Origin: a virus
Length of the DNA: 64,000 nt
Reading direction: 5' to 3' (one strand)
Virus record (IMG/VR): IMGVR_UViG_3300028048_000141
Location: 1,476 to 65,475 of that record
Shown here: positions 24,000-32,213 of the stretch, in pieces
How positions within the stretch are numbered: the stretch's first letter is position 1
Layout: each line of letters starts with the position of its first letter
Notes under the pieces: model-generated
Told to the model about the DNA's origin: nothing
Seen by the model: the letters and a program-made list of their open reading frames with translations, nothing else
Databases searched by the model: none
Translations under genes and position numbers: made by a program

Positions 24000-24024
24000 G
24001 GTTTCGTCAGGCTCCTTTCAATAT

Positions 24025-24035
24025 TTAATTTAGCG
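24025..24035 (-). promoter_or_regulatory. motif B, 28 nt upstream of the ATG at 23999
   Basis: CGCTAAATTAAATATTGAAAGGAGCCTGACGAAACCATG. Confidence 0.45.
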
Positions 24036-24037
24036 TG

Positions 24038-24421
24038 TCATTTAAGGGAATTGTACACAAAGATGAACTTAGCGTATAAATCCTCGATGGAATCGGCACT
24101 CGTAAGGCTGGTGATATCGTAGATATCGTCAAGGGTGATGGGGGTGACGTTCTTGGTCGCGTCCTTCTTCGGTTTCTTCGATTCGAAGTCATAGTAGAGG
24201 TTCCTCATGAACTCCGTGAACGCACGCTTGGCCTTCCTGAGATGCTTCTTATCATTTAGGAGGAGGCAGAAGTAGTAGGTGCCATCCTGCTTGTCCCTGG
24301 ACACGGAGAACCAACGTCCGTGCTCATCGGAAATCTCGATGAAGTAATCATGGAGTTCCCTGTCCATCGCATCTATGAATTTGAGAAGGTCGATTTTCTC
24401 CGCTATGACTTTAATCCCCAT
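24038..24421 (-). CDS. hypothetical protein
   Basis: 127-aa ORF. Confidence 0.5.
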   Translation of the reverse strand: MGIKVIAEKIDLLKFIDAMDRELHDYFIEISDEHGRWFSVSRDKQDGTYYFCLLLNDKKHLRKAKRAFTEFMRNLYYDFESKKPKKDATKNVTPITLDDIYDITSLTSADSIEDLYAKFIFVYNSLK

Positions 24422-25094
24422 ATGACAAGTCCTCGATTCCCTCGAAAAGGTATGCGCCGGATTTGATTAACGAGTTGGTCCAGGATTTCTTGGAGGTGGG
24501 TGCGCAGTAGATTTCTGCACCGAGTTGGAGCGAGGACAACAACGCACTCATATTGGCATCCGATTCCTTTGCCCTGTTGAAGATAATCTTGGAGCAGATT
24601 TTGCCGAAGAGATAGGCAAGTGCGTCCCTGGACACGTCGTCTTCTGTCGCTGATAGGGTGATGTAGGCGGTGTTGCTGCCGTCGACCGCGGACAACTCGA
24701 TGACGTGGCTGCCGAGGTATGCGGCGACAGCGTCCTTGTTGACGGAGAGCAACGCGGGTTCGAATTCGTCCCCGGATGGGAGTTTGTCTTCCCTGCCCAA
24801 GATGCCGACGATGTTGCCACGGCCTTCGGTGAGGGTATTGAGGACCCAGTCGACGTCGCCTTCGATGAATAGGACGAGTTCGGGGAGCATGGTGTCCTTT
24901 AAATGCTCGGGATACCTTTCATCGAGGATGGTGACGGGGGTCCAACCGGAATCCCTGACTTTCTTAAAGGATTCCTCAAGTTCCTCGTCGGACGGGCGGT
25001 TTTCGACGTCCTTGATGGTTTTGATGACTTCCTTGGAGTCACCGGATGCGAGGATGGCCAACGCCACCAATAATTCAAATGCATTTAAGTCCAT
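24411..25094 (-). CDS. possible DprA/SLOG-like Rossmann-fold protein (weak)
   Basis: Start set at the ATG at 25094 (MDLNAF), which has an AAAGGAGG RBS. The GNIVGILG...SAVDGS...EIYCAP layout resembles the DprA/LOG-like fold. Low certainty. Confidence 0.4.
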   Translation of the reverse strand: MDLNAFELLVALAILASGDSKEVIKTIKDVENRPSDEELEESFKKVRDSGWTPVTILDERYPEHLKDTMLPELVLFIEGDVDWVLNTLTEGRGNIVGILGREDKLPSGDEFEPALLSVNKDAVAAYLGSHVIELSAVDGSNTAYITLSATEDDVSRDALAYLFGKICSKIIFNRAKESDANMSALLSSLQLGAEIYCAPTSKKSWTNSLIKSGAYLFEGIEDLSYGD

Positions 25095-25096
25095 GA

Positions 25097-25402
25097 TTAG
25101 TTTTCCTCCTTTGGCATGATTTGATTGAGTAATTGTTCGAATTCCTTGAACTCTTCGTCGTCGTGGTACCATATATAATTCTCACCGTGAATATAGGTTA
25201 AGGACGTGCTGTTTTCGGATGTGGCAAGTCCCTTGACGACGACGCCTAGTTTGACCAAGAGTTTGACCACCTTGTCGATTAGTGCCTTCTCGGCGGACAA
25301 TTGTCCCTTTAGGGACGCGACCTCTTCGGTCAGGGCCTCGTTCTTCTGTTCTTCGGTTTCTAAGAGTTGAAGAACCTTCTCTTCGCAGGTTTTCGCTTTC
25401 AT
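25097..25402 (-). CDS. hypothetical coiled-coil protein
   Basis: 101-aa ORF. Confidence 0.5.
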   Translation of the reverse strand: MKAKTCEEKVLQLLETEEQKNEALTEEVASLKGQLSAEKALIDKVVKLLVKLGVVVKGLATSENSTSLTYIHGENYIWYHDDEEFKEFEQLLNQIMPKEEN

Positions 25403-25414
25403 GTGATTTCCTCC

Positions 25415-25603
25415 TTACCTGGATTTCTTCCTGGCTTTGCGGGCGGCCTTGTTTTTCTTTCGGTTGTTTGCTTTCCTCTGTGCCTTCTGCTCCGCTTTCT
25501 GCTGGTAGTTGGCACGGTACTTGCAATGCCGTACAGGCTCGGACGACATCCTCCTCGACTCGTTTAGGTAGAAGTCGAATGCGTCCGCGAAATCGTATTT
25601 CAT
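25415..25603 (-). CDS. small basic protein
   Basis: 62 aa with a C-terminal K/R run. Fills the gap between neighbouring genes. Confidence 0.4.
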   Translation of the reverse strand: MKYDFADAFDFYLNESRRMSSEPVRHCKYRANYQQKAEQKAQRKANNRKKNKAARKARKKSR

Positions 25604-25665
25604 AACAAATCCTCCCGCTTATGCCTACCATAATTATAGGTTATTTGCATACGCATGTCAACATG

Positions 25666-26541
25666 TTATTCCCCGACGTTGATGAGGTTTTCGACGTAGT
25701 CCCTTCCGGAGTCGACGAACCTCGGGATGTCGTCGTCGATATCCCATCTGCTGTAGAATTTGGTATCGCGTGGAAGTTCGCATGTGCTGTCTGTGAAGAA
25801 CAACCATCCGCCTTCCGGTGTCGGATAGACCTCTTCCTCGGAGTGCTCGTTTCCGTCGGGGTCCTTGAAGTAGCACCTCTTGACGCAGCAACTGCCACGT
25901 TTGTATGTGGTAGGTTCGTTTCCCCAAACAAATCCCTTCTCCCTCTCCATCTTGTCGACGAGTTGCGGGCAGGTGAGGTTTTGGAGTTGCTTGTGGGAGA
26001 ACATGGATTGGGCATAGGATTGGATGGAGTTCCTCTCCGCGTCCAACTGCCTCCAAAAAATGCAGTTCGTTACCTCTTCCTTCGGGATGTTGAACGCCCT
26101 GGCGTCGAACGTGGCCTGGAAGAGTTTCCTTGCGTATTTCTTGAATTCGTTTTCGTTCTCGGTCATCTCCGCGATGTTGTTCATGAACACCCTGTTGAAT
26201 TCGAGGGTGGCCATCGAAGCACTGATTGAGACGAGTTTCTGGACGTCGTATTCGAACCAGGCGGAAGACGTGAGCGTCTGATAGTCGACCAACACCAACG
26301 TGATTTCGTCCGATTGCGTGTATCCCAGGACGCAGCCCTGGATGTTCTTGCAGAGGTACTGCATCGTCTCCTGCATGGACTTGACGAGTATCGCGTCGAT
26401 TGGTTTGTCCATCCCCTTCGTGAATGTGTGGAAGGCCCTGCCGTCGATTCTGATGATTACCGGTGTCCTTCTGGTTAGTTTGAGTTTTGCGGGGTTTTCG
26501 TAGAATGCCTTCATCCTATCCCCAAGTGAGTCCTTTACCAT
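25666..26541 (-). CDS. Thg1-like protein (tRNA-His guanylyltransferase family, 3'-5' polymerase)
   Basis: VIIRIDGRAFHTF and LGYTQSDEITLVL match the two hallmark Thg1 catalytic motifs, VVVRLDGRNFHRF and AYGQSDEYSFVF. Confidence 0.75.
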   Translation of the reverse strand: MVKDSLGDRMKAFYENPAKLKLTRRTPVIIRIDGRAFHTFTKGMDKPIDAILVKSMQETMQYLCKNIQGCVLGYTQSDEITLVLVDYQTLTSSAWFEYDVQKLVSISASMATLEFNRVFMNNIAEMTENENEFKKYARKLFQATFDARAFNIPKEEVTNCIFWRQLDAERNSIQSYAQSMFSHKQLQNLTCPQLVDKMEREKGFVWGNEPTTYKRGSCCVKRCYFKDPDGNEHSEEEVYPTPEGGWLFFTDSTCELPRDTKFYSRWDIDDDIPRFVDSGRDYVENLINVGE

Positions 26542-26558
26542 TGTCTATTCCTCTCAAA

Positions 26559-26978
26559 TTACCACTCATGTGATTCTTCCTTGTGCTTCACATAATTGGC
26601 GTACAGCACCTCGAATGCCTCGGCAAGGACCTTTCTGAATTGCCTGGTTGATTCCCAGTCCGGGCATTCCTTTTCGATTCTGTCACCGACCGAGCGATAT
26701 GAGCATTCACCGTCCTTGTCGTGTTCGACGAACGCGATGACGATGTAACTCGGTTTCTTCTTGGTGCCGTGGTTAACGTTGACCTCGATGGCCAATTCCT
26801 CATGTGGCGGAATCGTTTCGAAATCTATGGCCGGGAATCCCTTTTCGTCTTTCTTGGTCGAGCCGTCGTCATTGTGCATGAAGACCAGCCTTGCGACCGT
26901 GCAAAGCCTGAATTTGCCAAGCGTCATGAAATCCTGATGCTTGCCGTCGCCTTTGAGTTTAACTACGTTGCGTTTCAT
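26559..26978 (-). CDS. hypothetical protein
   Basis: 139-aa ORF. Confidence 0.5.
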   Translation of the reverse strand: MKRNVVKLKGDGKHQDFMTLGKFRLCTVARLVFMHNDDGSTKKDEKGFPAIDFETIPPHEELAIEVNVNHGTKKKPSYIVIAFVEHDKDGECSYRSVGDRIEKECPDWESTRQFRKVLAEAFEVLYANYVKHKEESHEW

Positions 26979-28867
26979 TGGTTTCCTACCTTCTCAGTGT
27001 ATTTGCATTTGGGATATCCGGTGCATCCCAGGAATCTTCCGTAAGCACCCGTTCTGAACACGAGCGGCTTACCACATTCCGGGCAGACTCTGTCGGAAGG
27101 CTCGGCCTTTGGACGAGGTCCTCCTGAGACTTTCTTCGCGGTCTCCTCCAATTTATTATACAGGTTTTTGAGGAACGAGAGATAATCCAATTTCGAATTG
27201 GCGATTAAGTCAAGGTCCTTTTCCATTTCGCTGGTATAATTTACGTTGATGATGTCCCCGAACGACTTGTCGAGGAAATCGGATAACGCCATTCCCTTTT
27301 CGGTAGGCACGATGCATCCGTCCACTACTTCGCAGTATCCCCTGGATGGGTCTAGGAGGGTGGACAATATTGTGGAGAACGTCGAAGGCCTTCCGATTCC
27401 GCAGGATTCCAATTCCTTGATGAGCGTGGCTTCCTTGAATCTGGCGGGAGGTGTGGTCGTCTTGCTTACAGCGGTCATTGACGGGCTGTACGACTTATCG
27501 ATTACCTCACCCTTCGAGAACGTTTCCTTGACTAACTCGTCATCGGTCTTGTCCTTATCCTTATATGTGTAGACCTTTTGGTATCCGTCGAACACCAATT
27601 CCTTGGAAACCATATGGAACTCGTGCTTTCCGCATTTGATTGTGTATGTGGTCTCGCCGGTGACGGCAGGTGCCATCATGGTAGCGACGGTTCTTTTATA
27701 GATGATTTCATACACCTTTACCAAATCCTTGTCATCCAGTAGTTTGGCGAGTTTGCTAGGCGTCATATTGAGGTCAACCGGTCTGATTGCCTCGTGGCCG
27801 TCCTGGGCCGTTTCCGCCTTCTTTGCCTCCTTGATTGGTGCGAAGTATTCCTTGCCGTATTTTGATTTGACGTGCTTCTCCAAGATGGGTAGGAACTCCG
27901 GTGCGAATTCCGGGCTGTCAGTTCTGATGTATGTGATTAAGGCGATGTGCTCGCCATCGATATTAAGTCCCTCAAATAATTTCTGGGCATATTCCATGGA
28001 CCTCTTGGTGCTGATTCCCAACTTGGACGAAACCTCCTGTTGGAACGTGGAGGTGATGAATGGCGGCTTGGGAAAACTGTTCTTGTTCTTATACTTGATG
28101 TCTGAGACGGTGAACCAATCTCCCTGTTTTGTCGATTTTTTGCAATCTTCGGTGACTTCGACGCAATAGTCGTAGGAAGGTCTCTTTACTTCCTTTCCGT
28201 CGCACCCGAAGTATTTGGCTTTGAATTCCTTTCCGTTCTTGACGAAGTTCAATGTCAGTTCGCCGTATTCATCCGGGACGAAGTCGATGATTTTCCTTTC
28301 GAGGTCGGCGATTAACTTAAGGCCTGCTGATTGGCATCTTCCGACGCTCTTGGCTTGGACCTTCCTCCTGGCCTCGGGCGAAAGCCTATATCCGATTAAA
28401 CGGTCCGCTATGCGTCTGGTATGGGCCGCATTGACCAGGGCGTCGTCGATATTGCGTGGTTTCTCGAATGCCTTCAGAACCGCGTTCTCTGTGATTTCGT
28501 GGAACGTTACCCTGTGGCACTTGGCCGCCGGAATCTTAAGGAACTTCTTGAGACCCCAGGCAATGGCCTCACCTTCGCGGTCAGGGTCGGTCGCCAAGTA
28601 TACCTCGTCGGCGAGTTCGACCTGTTCCTTCAATTCAGAAACGATTTTCTTCTTATCCGCCAAAACGGCGTACTTGGTCTTGAAATCGTTTTCCGGCTCA
28701 ACACCGGTATTCCAATAGGTTCCGCCGTTCTGTATTTCGCAGATGTGTCCCACAGAGGCCTTGACGACGCATTTGTTGTATCCGGCATCCTTGAGGATTT
28801 TGGAAATCGTCGGGACCTTGTTCGGAGACTCGACGATTATCAATGTTCTTTTCTTTTTGTCAAGCAT
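26975..28867 (-). CDS. topA: type IA DNA topoisomerase with a C-terminal zinc ribbon
   Basis: Toprim region LIIVESPNKVPTI, DPDREGEAIAW, active-site YIRTDS, C-terminal CPECGKPL...CTGYPKC. AAAGGAGG RBS. Confidence 0.85.
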   Translation of the reverse strand: MLDKKKRTLIIVESPNKVPTISKILKDAGYNKCVVKASVGHICEIQNGGTYWNTGVEPENDFKTKYAVLADKKKIVSELKEQVELADEVYLATDPDREGEAIAWGLKKFLKIPAAKCHRVTFHEITENAVLKAFEKPRNIDDALVNAAHTRRIADRLIGYRLSPEARRKVQAKSVGRCQSAGLKLIADLERKIIDFVPDEYGELTLNFVKNGKEFKAKYFGCDGKEVKRPSYDYCVEVTEDCKKSTKQGDWFTVSDIKYKNKNSFPKPPFITSTFQQEVSSKLGISTKRSMEYAQKLFEGLNIDGEHIALITYIRTDSPEFAPEFLPILEKHVKSKYGKEYFAPIKEAKKAETAQDGHEAIRPVDLNMTPSKLAKLLDDKDLVKVYEIIYKRTVATMMAPAVTGETTYTIKCGKHEFHMVSKELVFDGYQKVYTYKDKDKTDDELVKETFSKGEVIDKSYSPSMTAVSKTTTPPARFKEATLIKELESCGIGRPSTFSTILSTLLDPSRGYCEVVDGCIVPTEKGMALSDFLDKSFGDIINVNYTSEMEKDLDLIANSKLDYLSFLKNLYNKLEETAKKVSGGPRPKAEPSDRVCPECGKPLVFRTGAYGRFLGCTGYPKCKYTEKVGNQ

Positions 28868-28925
28868 GCTTTCCTCCTTTCGTTTGTACGCATAAGAGGC
28901 GGATTGTCTGTCCGCCCCTTGTGCC

Positions 28926-28940
28926 CGACACCTATATTAT
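28926..28940 (-). promoter_or_regulatory. motif-A promoter for the topoisomerase gene
   Basis: + strand cctatattatacagg. A GGCGGA/TCCGCC hairpin lies in the 5' UTR. Confidence 0.45.
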
Positions 28941-28965
28941 ACAGGATTTTCAATCATTGTGTGAA

Positions 28966-29874
28966 TTATTTGACGCTGGTCACCTTGGTGCGGTAGTGGA
29001 AGCATTGGATGTTCCAGCCGCCGGCACTGAAGGTCTGTACGCTGGCTTTGCCGTTGAGCCCCTCGACGATTCCGTTGATGTCACCCTTGGCACCGATGCG
29101 GAGACCGAGTGCGTCGGTGATTTCTCCGGTGATGTGGGTGATTTGGTTGATGAGGTTCTTGTATTTGGCCTTGACTTCGTCGTCGAGGATTTTCTCAAGG
29201 AGTTCCTCATCGATTTCGTAGGAGTCGAGGACGTATTCGTAATCCCAGCGGTTCTCGGGGTTGGGATACACATATTTGTGTTTGAGTTTGGTGATTTCCT
29301 TGGTAACCCTGTCGATTCCCCACCAATAGTTTTCCTCGAATGATTTCTCCTGATACCAGTCGAGTCTTCCGCGTTCGTTGGCGTGTTCGGCGACGTATGC
29401 GTCCTTGGCTGCCTTGTATCCCAACTTGAGGTCATAGTATCTCTTGGCGTTCTTGCGATACCATTCGCGGGAGAGTTCCTTCCAGTTCATGAGGAACTTC
29501 CAGATGACCTCGATTTTCTCTTCCTTGTCGAAGTTGATGAGTTTGTCCATTTGGACCTGGTATTTGGAAAGGGTGGCTCTGGCTTCGGCCAAATCGCGGT
29601 ATGCACGGTAGGTCTCGTTGAGTTGTGGGCCCTTGTTCCATTCGTGGTCCTGACGGTATACGGTGGGGTCGTCGTAATGGGAGGTCTCGTATTCCTTGTA
29701 GGCTTTGTATGCGTCGTTGAATCTGACGTCGCCGTAGACGAGTTCGCAATTGGCGCAGACGGCGATGGCCTCTGGATTCATCCCGGAAGTCCATTTGGCG
29801 ATTCTCTTGAGAATCTTCTCGATGTCTTTTTGCTTCTTGTCGATGCGTTCTTGGATTTGTTCTTTGGTCATCAT
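28966..29874 (-). CDS. hypothetical protein
   Basis: Start set at the ATG at 29874 (MMTKEQ), downstream of a TATAAT and an AAGAGGAAAA RBS. Confidence 0.55.
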   Translation of the reverse strand: MMTKEQIQERIDKKQKDIEKILKRIAKWTSGMNPEAIAVCANCELVYGDVRFNDAYKAYKEYETSHYDDPTVYRQDHEWNKGPQLNETYRAYRDLAEARATLSKYQVQMDKLINFDKEEKIEVIWKFLMNWKELSREWYRKNAKRYYDLKLGYKAAKDAYVAEHANERGRLDWYQEKSFEENYWWGIDRVTKEITKLKHKYVYPNPENRWDYEYVLDSYEIDEELLEKILDDEVKAKYKNLINQITHITGEITDALGLRIGAKGDINGIVEGLNGKASVQTFSAGGWNIQCFHYRTKVTSVK

Positions 29875-29938
29875 TGTCGTTTTCCTCTTTTCGTAGACGA
29901 TTATACCACGGTTTCCCCCGGTATGCAAATGTTTTCGA

Positions 29939-30163
29939 TTAAAGGATGCCCCAGAATTCCATTAACATGGCCTTAACCGGTTCTGAGTACATGTTCCTGA
30001 ACTCCCAGATGTCACCACGGGGACGGAATCCGTTTTCGTCTTTGTAGATGTCGGAATAGAAGTCAATCATACTCTCGACGACATCGAAGCCGTTCCTGGT
30101 TGGATTGGCGTTGAGTTCCCCGATGGCCTTGATGATTTTCTGTTTGTAATCTGCTACTTCCAT
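29939..30163 (-). CDS. hypothetical small protein
   Basis: Start set at the ATG at 30163 (MEVADYKQ), which has a GGAGGAAA RBS. Confidence 0.5.
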   Translation of the reverse strand: MEVADYKQKIIKAIGELNANPTRNGFDVVESMIDFYSDIYKDENGFRPRGDIWEFRNMYSEPVKAMLMEFWGIL

Positions 30164-30204
30164 GACATTTCCTCCTGTCGTGTCCGAAAACATTATAGAC
30201 CGAG

Positions 30205-30232
30205 ACGATGTATAATGTCAAATATTTTTAAC
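30205..30232. promoter_or_regulatory. inverted repeat ACATTATA-n12-TATAATGT spanning a -10
   Basis: + strand aACATTATAgaccgagacgatgTATAATGTc. It uses the same half-sites as the 6088 palindrome. Confidence 0.45.
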
Positions 30233-30261
30233 GTTAAAATGAAAAAGCACCGTTTCCGATG

Positions 30262-30492
30262 CTATTCCTTGTGGTGTTTGTAATACTCCTCCCAGATGAG
30301 GGCCGTCGTGATGTCCCCCTGGGCAAGAATCTTTCCGTAGAAGTTCGTGGTGTGGTTTTTCTTGAACCTATAGTATCCTAGAATCTTACCGTAGAAGTCC
30401 CTGGCTACCTTATTGCCGTCGGACAAGGTCTCGACCGAACCTATTTCTATTCCGTTGAACTTCCTGATTTTCTGCTTGGACGTGACTGCCAT
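30262..30492 (-). CDS. hypothetical protein
   Basis: 76-aa ORF. Confidence 0.45.
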   Translation of the reverse strand: MAVTSKQKIRKFNGIEIGSVETLSDGNKVARDFYGKILGYYRFKKNHTTNFYGKILAQGDITTALIWEEYYKHHKE

Positions 30493-30878
30493 CAGTAATC
30501 CTCCCCGTTGCCGTAATTCACCATGACTTCCCTGAGGTCCCGGTGTTGTTCCGCGGCCTCCATTATATCTATTAATTTAGCCTCACACAATTTCTTCCTC
30601 TGATAGAAGGTGGTATTGAGGAAGGTATTGATTTCCTTGATTATCTTTACTTCCTTGTATTCCATCCTCTTAAGGGAACTCGTGTAACCGTTGGGCAGAT
30701 GGTCGATGTCGGGGATGACCGGGCCCCAAGTGAATATGGTCGTGGTTCCAAGCGACGTCCTCGCCACCATGTAGAAGTACACACCATCCTCGGTGCATGC
30801 CTCTATGGCGAAATTGCCGATGTCCTCTATCTTCAATAGGTTCTGGGCCGTAGACAATCGATTGTATTCAAAATCCAT
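30492..30878 (-). CDS. hypothetical protein
   Basis: 128-aa ORF. It contains an internal motif-B-like 11-mer at 30573. Confidence 0.5.
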   Translation of the reverse strand: MDFEYNRLSTAQNLLKIEDIGNFAIEACTEDGVYFYMVARTSLGTTTIFTWGPVIPDIDHLPNGYTSSLKRMEYKEVKIIKEINTFLNTTFYQRKKLCEAKLIDIMEAAEQHRDLREVMVNYGNGEDY

Positions 30879-31549
30879 TATTTTTTGTCTTCCTTGATTT
30901 CCTCGGGCTTCTCAAGCGTGATTTCGCCTGACGCGACGCCTGCCATGAATTTAATGGCATCGTCGATTCTCTTCAACTCGGGGTCCTCCTGGATTTCCTT
31001 TTGGAGTTCCTCGTTCCTCTTCTTGAGGGAATCAATCCACATCTCGATGATTTGTGTTTGGATTTCCTCCGGTGCCTTGTCGAAGTCCTCGTCAATCTCA
31101 AGTCCGATGTCCGACAGTAGGATTCCGTCCAATAGGTTGACCATTTGCTCGAAGACCTCTGCGACCACGCCTTCGAACTTGTTTTCCTCGACGTATCCGT
31201 TGGGTTTCTGGTACTTGGCGAGGATTCTGTCGTGTCTTGGGGTGATGAACGTCCTTCCGGGGAGGCTCGGCGAGGTTTCCCTTGCCAAATGCATGCCTTC
31301 CGTCTTGGTAATCATCGGATTGACGAACGTCCTGATTTCCCCATCGGAGAATTTGATGCAGAAGATTCTGTCGTCGTGTCCCAATTGGGGTGCGGCGAGT
31401 GCGACGACGTCGACGTTGTCCTTCAAGGTGTCCTTGAGGTCCGAAACTATCGATTGCGCCTCGCCTCTGCGTTGAAGCACGTTGATTTCCTCGCTTCTTT
31501 CCGACAATTTGTCTGTGTCGGTGCTGATTTTCAATACGTATTTTGCCAT
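30878..31549 (-). CDS. peptide-deformylase-like protein with all three metal ligands replaced; predicted catalytically inactive
   Basis: PDF motif 1 is conserved (VALAAPQLG against G-x-G-x-AA-x-Q). Motif 2 EGCLS is changed to ETSPS. Motif 3 QHExDH is changed to FEQMVN. Acidic C-terminal tail. Confidence 0.5.
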   Translation of the reverse strand: MAKYVLKISTDTDKLSERSEEINVLQRRGEAQSIVSDLKDTLKDNVDVVALAAPQLGHDDRIFCIKFSDGEIRTFVNPMITKTEGMHLARETSPSLPGRTFITPRHDRILAKYQKPNGYVEENKFEGVVAEVFEQMVNLLDGILLSDIGLEIDEDFDKAPEEIQTQIIEMWIDSLKKRNEELQKEIQEDPELKRIDDAIKFMAGVASGEITLEKPEEIKEDKK

Positions 31550-31550
31550 T

Positions 31551-31820
31551 TTATTCCTCCGCCTCTGTTACGATAATCCTATAGATGCCTTCCTCGAAGT
31601 TCCCGATGAGTTTGATGTCGTAATCGTCGCTCATGAAGACGAATTCGCTCACGTTTTCGTTCAACAGCGTCGAATCCTCGTCCATGTCGAGCCCTTCGGC
31701 GTTGTCCAATAGGGTGTAGACCTTCGAATATTCCTCGCTGTCGGGCAATTCGACGATGTATTTCTCGCCGGCCATCTTGCCTGGGTATTCGATTCCCAAT
31801 TCCTTTAAGAACTTATCCAT
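31551..31820 (-). CDS. hypothetical protein
   Basis: 89-aa ORF. Confidence 0.5.
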   Translation of the reverse strand: MDKFLKELGIEYPGKMAGEKYIVELPDSEEYSKVYTLLDNAEGLDMDEDSTLLNENVSEFVFMSDDYDIKLIGNFEEGIYRIIVTEAEE

Positions 31821-32178
31821 CTTTGACCTCCGATTTGCATTTCCTGATGTATTCCCTGAATTCCTTGAGGCAATCCTCGTTCTCGGCTATGACGTAATCG
31901 TCTGATGCGGACTCCAACGCCGAATAGACGTCCTTGTTCTGTCTCTTGTAGGCCTTTTCCTTGGATTTCCTGTTGGGTTTGGATAATAAGAGGGCGACGT
32001 ATGCCAACCTCTCGTAGTTTTCCTTGATTTTGGCGAGCATCTGCTGTGCCTGCTCGACCTGTTCCTGAGTCACCTGTCCTTCCTTCAACAATATATTGAA
32101 GTCCTTGGTGTCCTCAAGCATCTCGAAGTACTGTTCCTGTACCTGAGCGTAATATCTCTTGAAGTGTTTCAGTGCCAT
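31813..32178 (-). CDS. hypothetical protein
   Basis: 121-aa ORF. Motif-A promoter at 32203-32220. Confidence 0.5.
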   Translation of the reverse strand: MALKHFKRYYAQVQEQYFEMLEDTKDFNILLKEGQVTQEQVEQAQQMLAKIKENYERLAYVALLLSKPNRKSKEKAYKRQNKDVYSALESASDDYVIAENEDCLKEFREYIRKCKSEVKDG

Positions 32179-32213
32179 GCAAATATCCTTTCAATTATAT
32201 TATACACGGTTTC

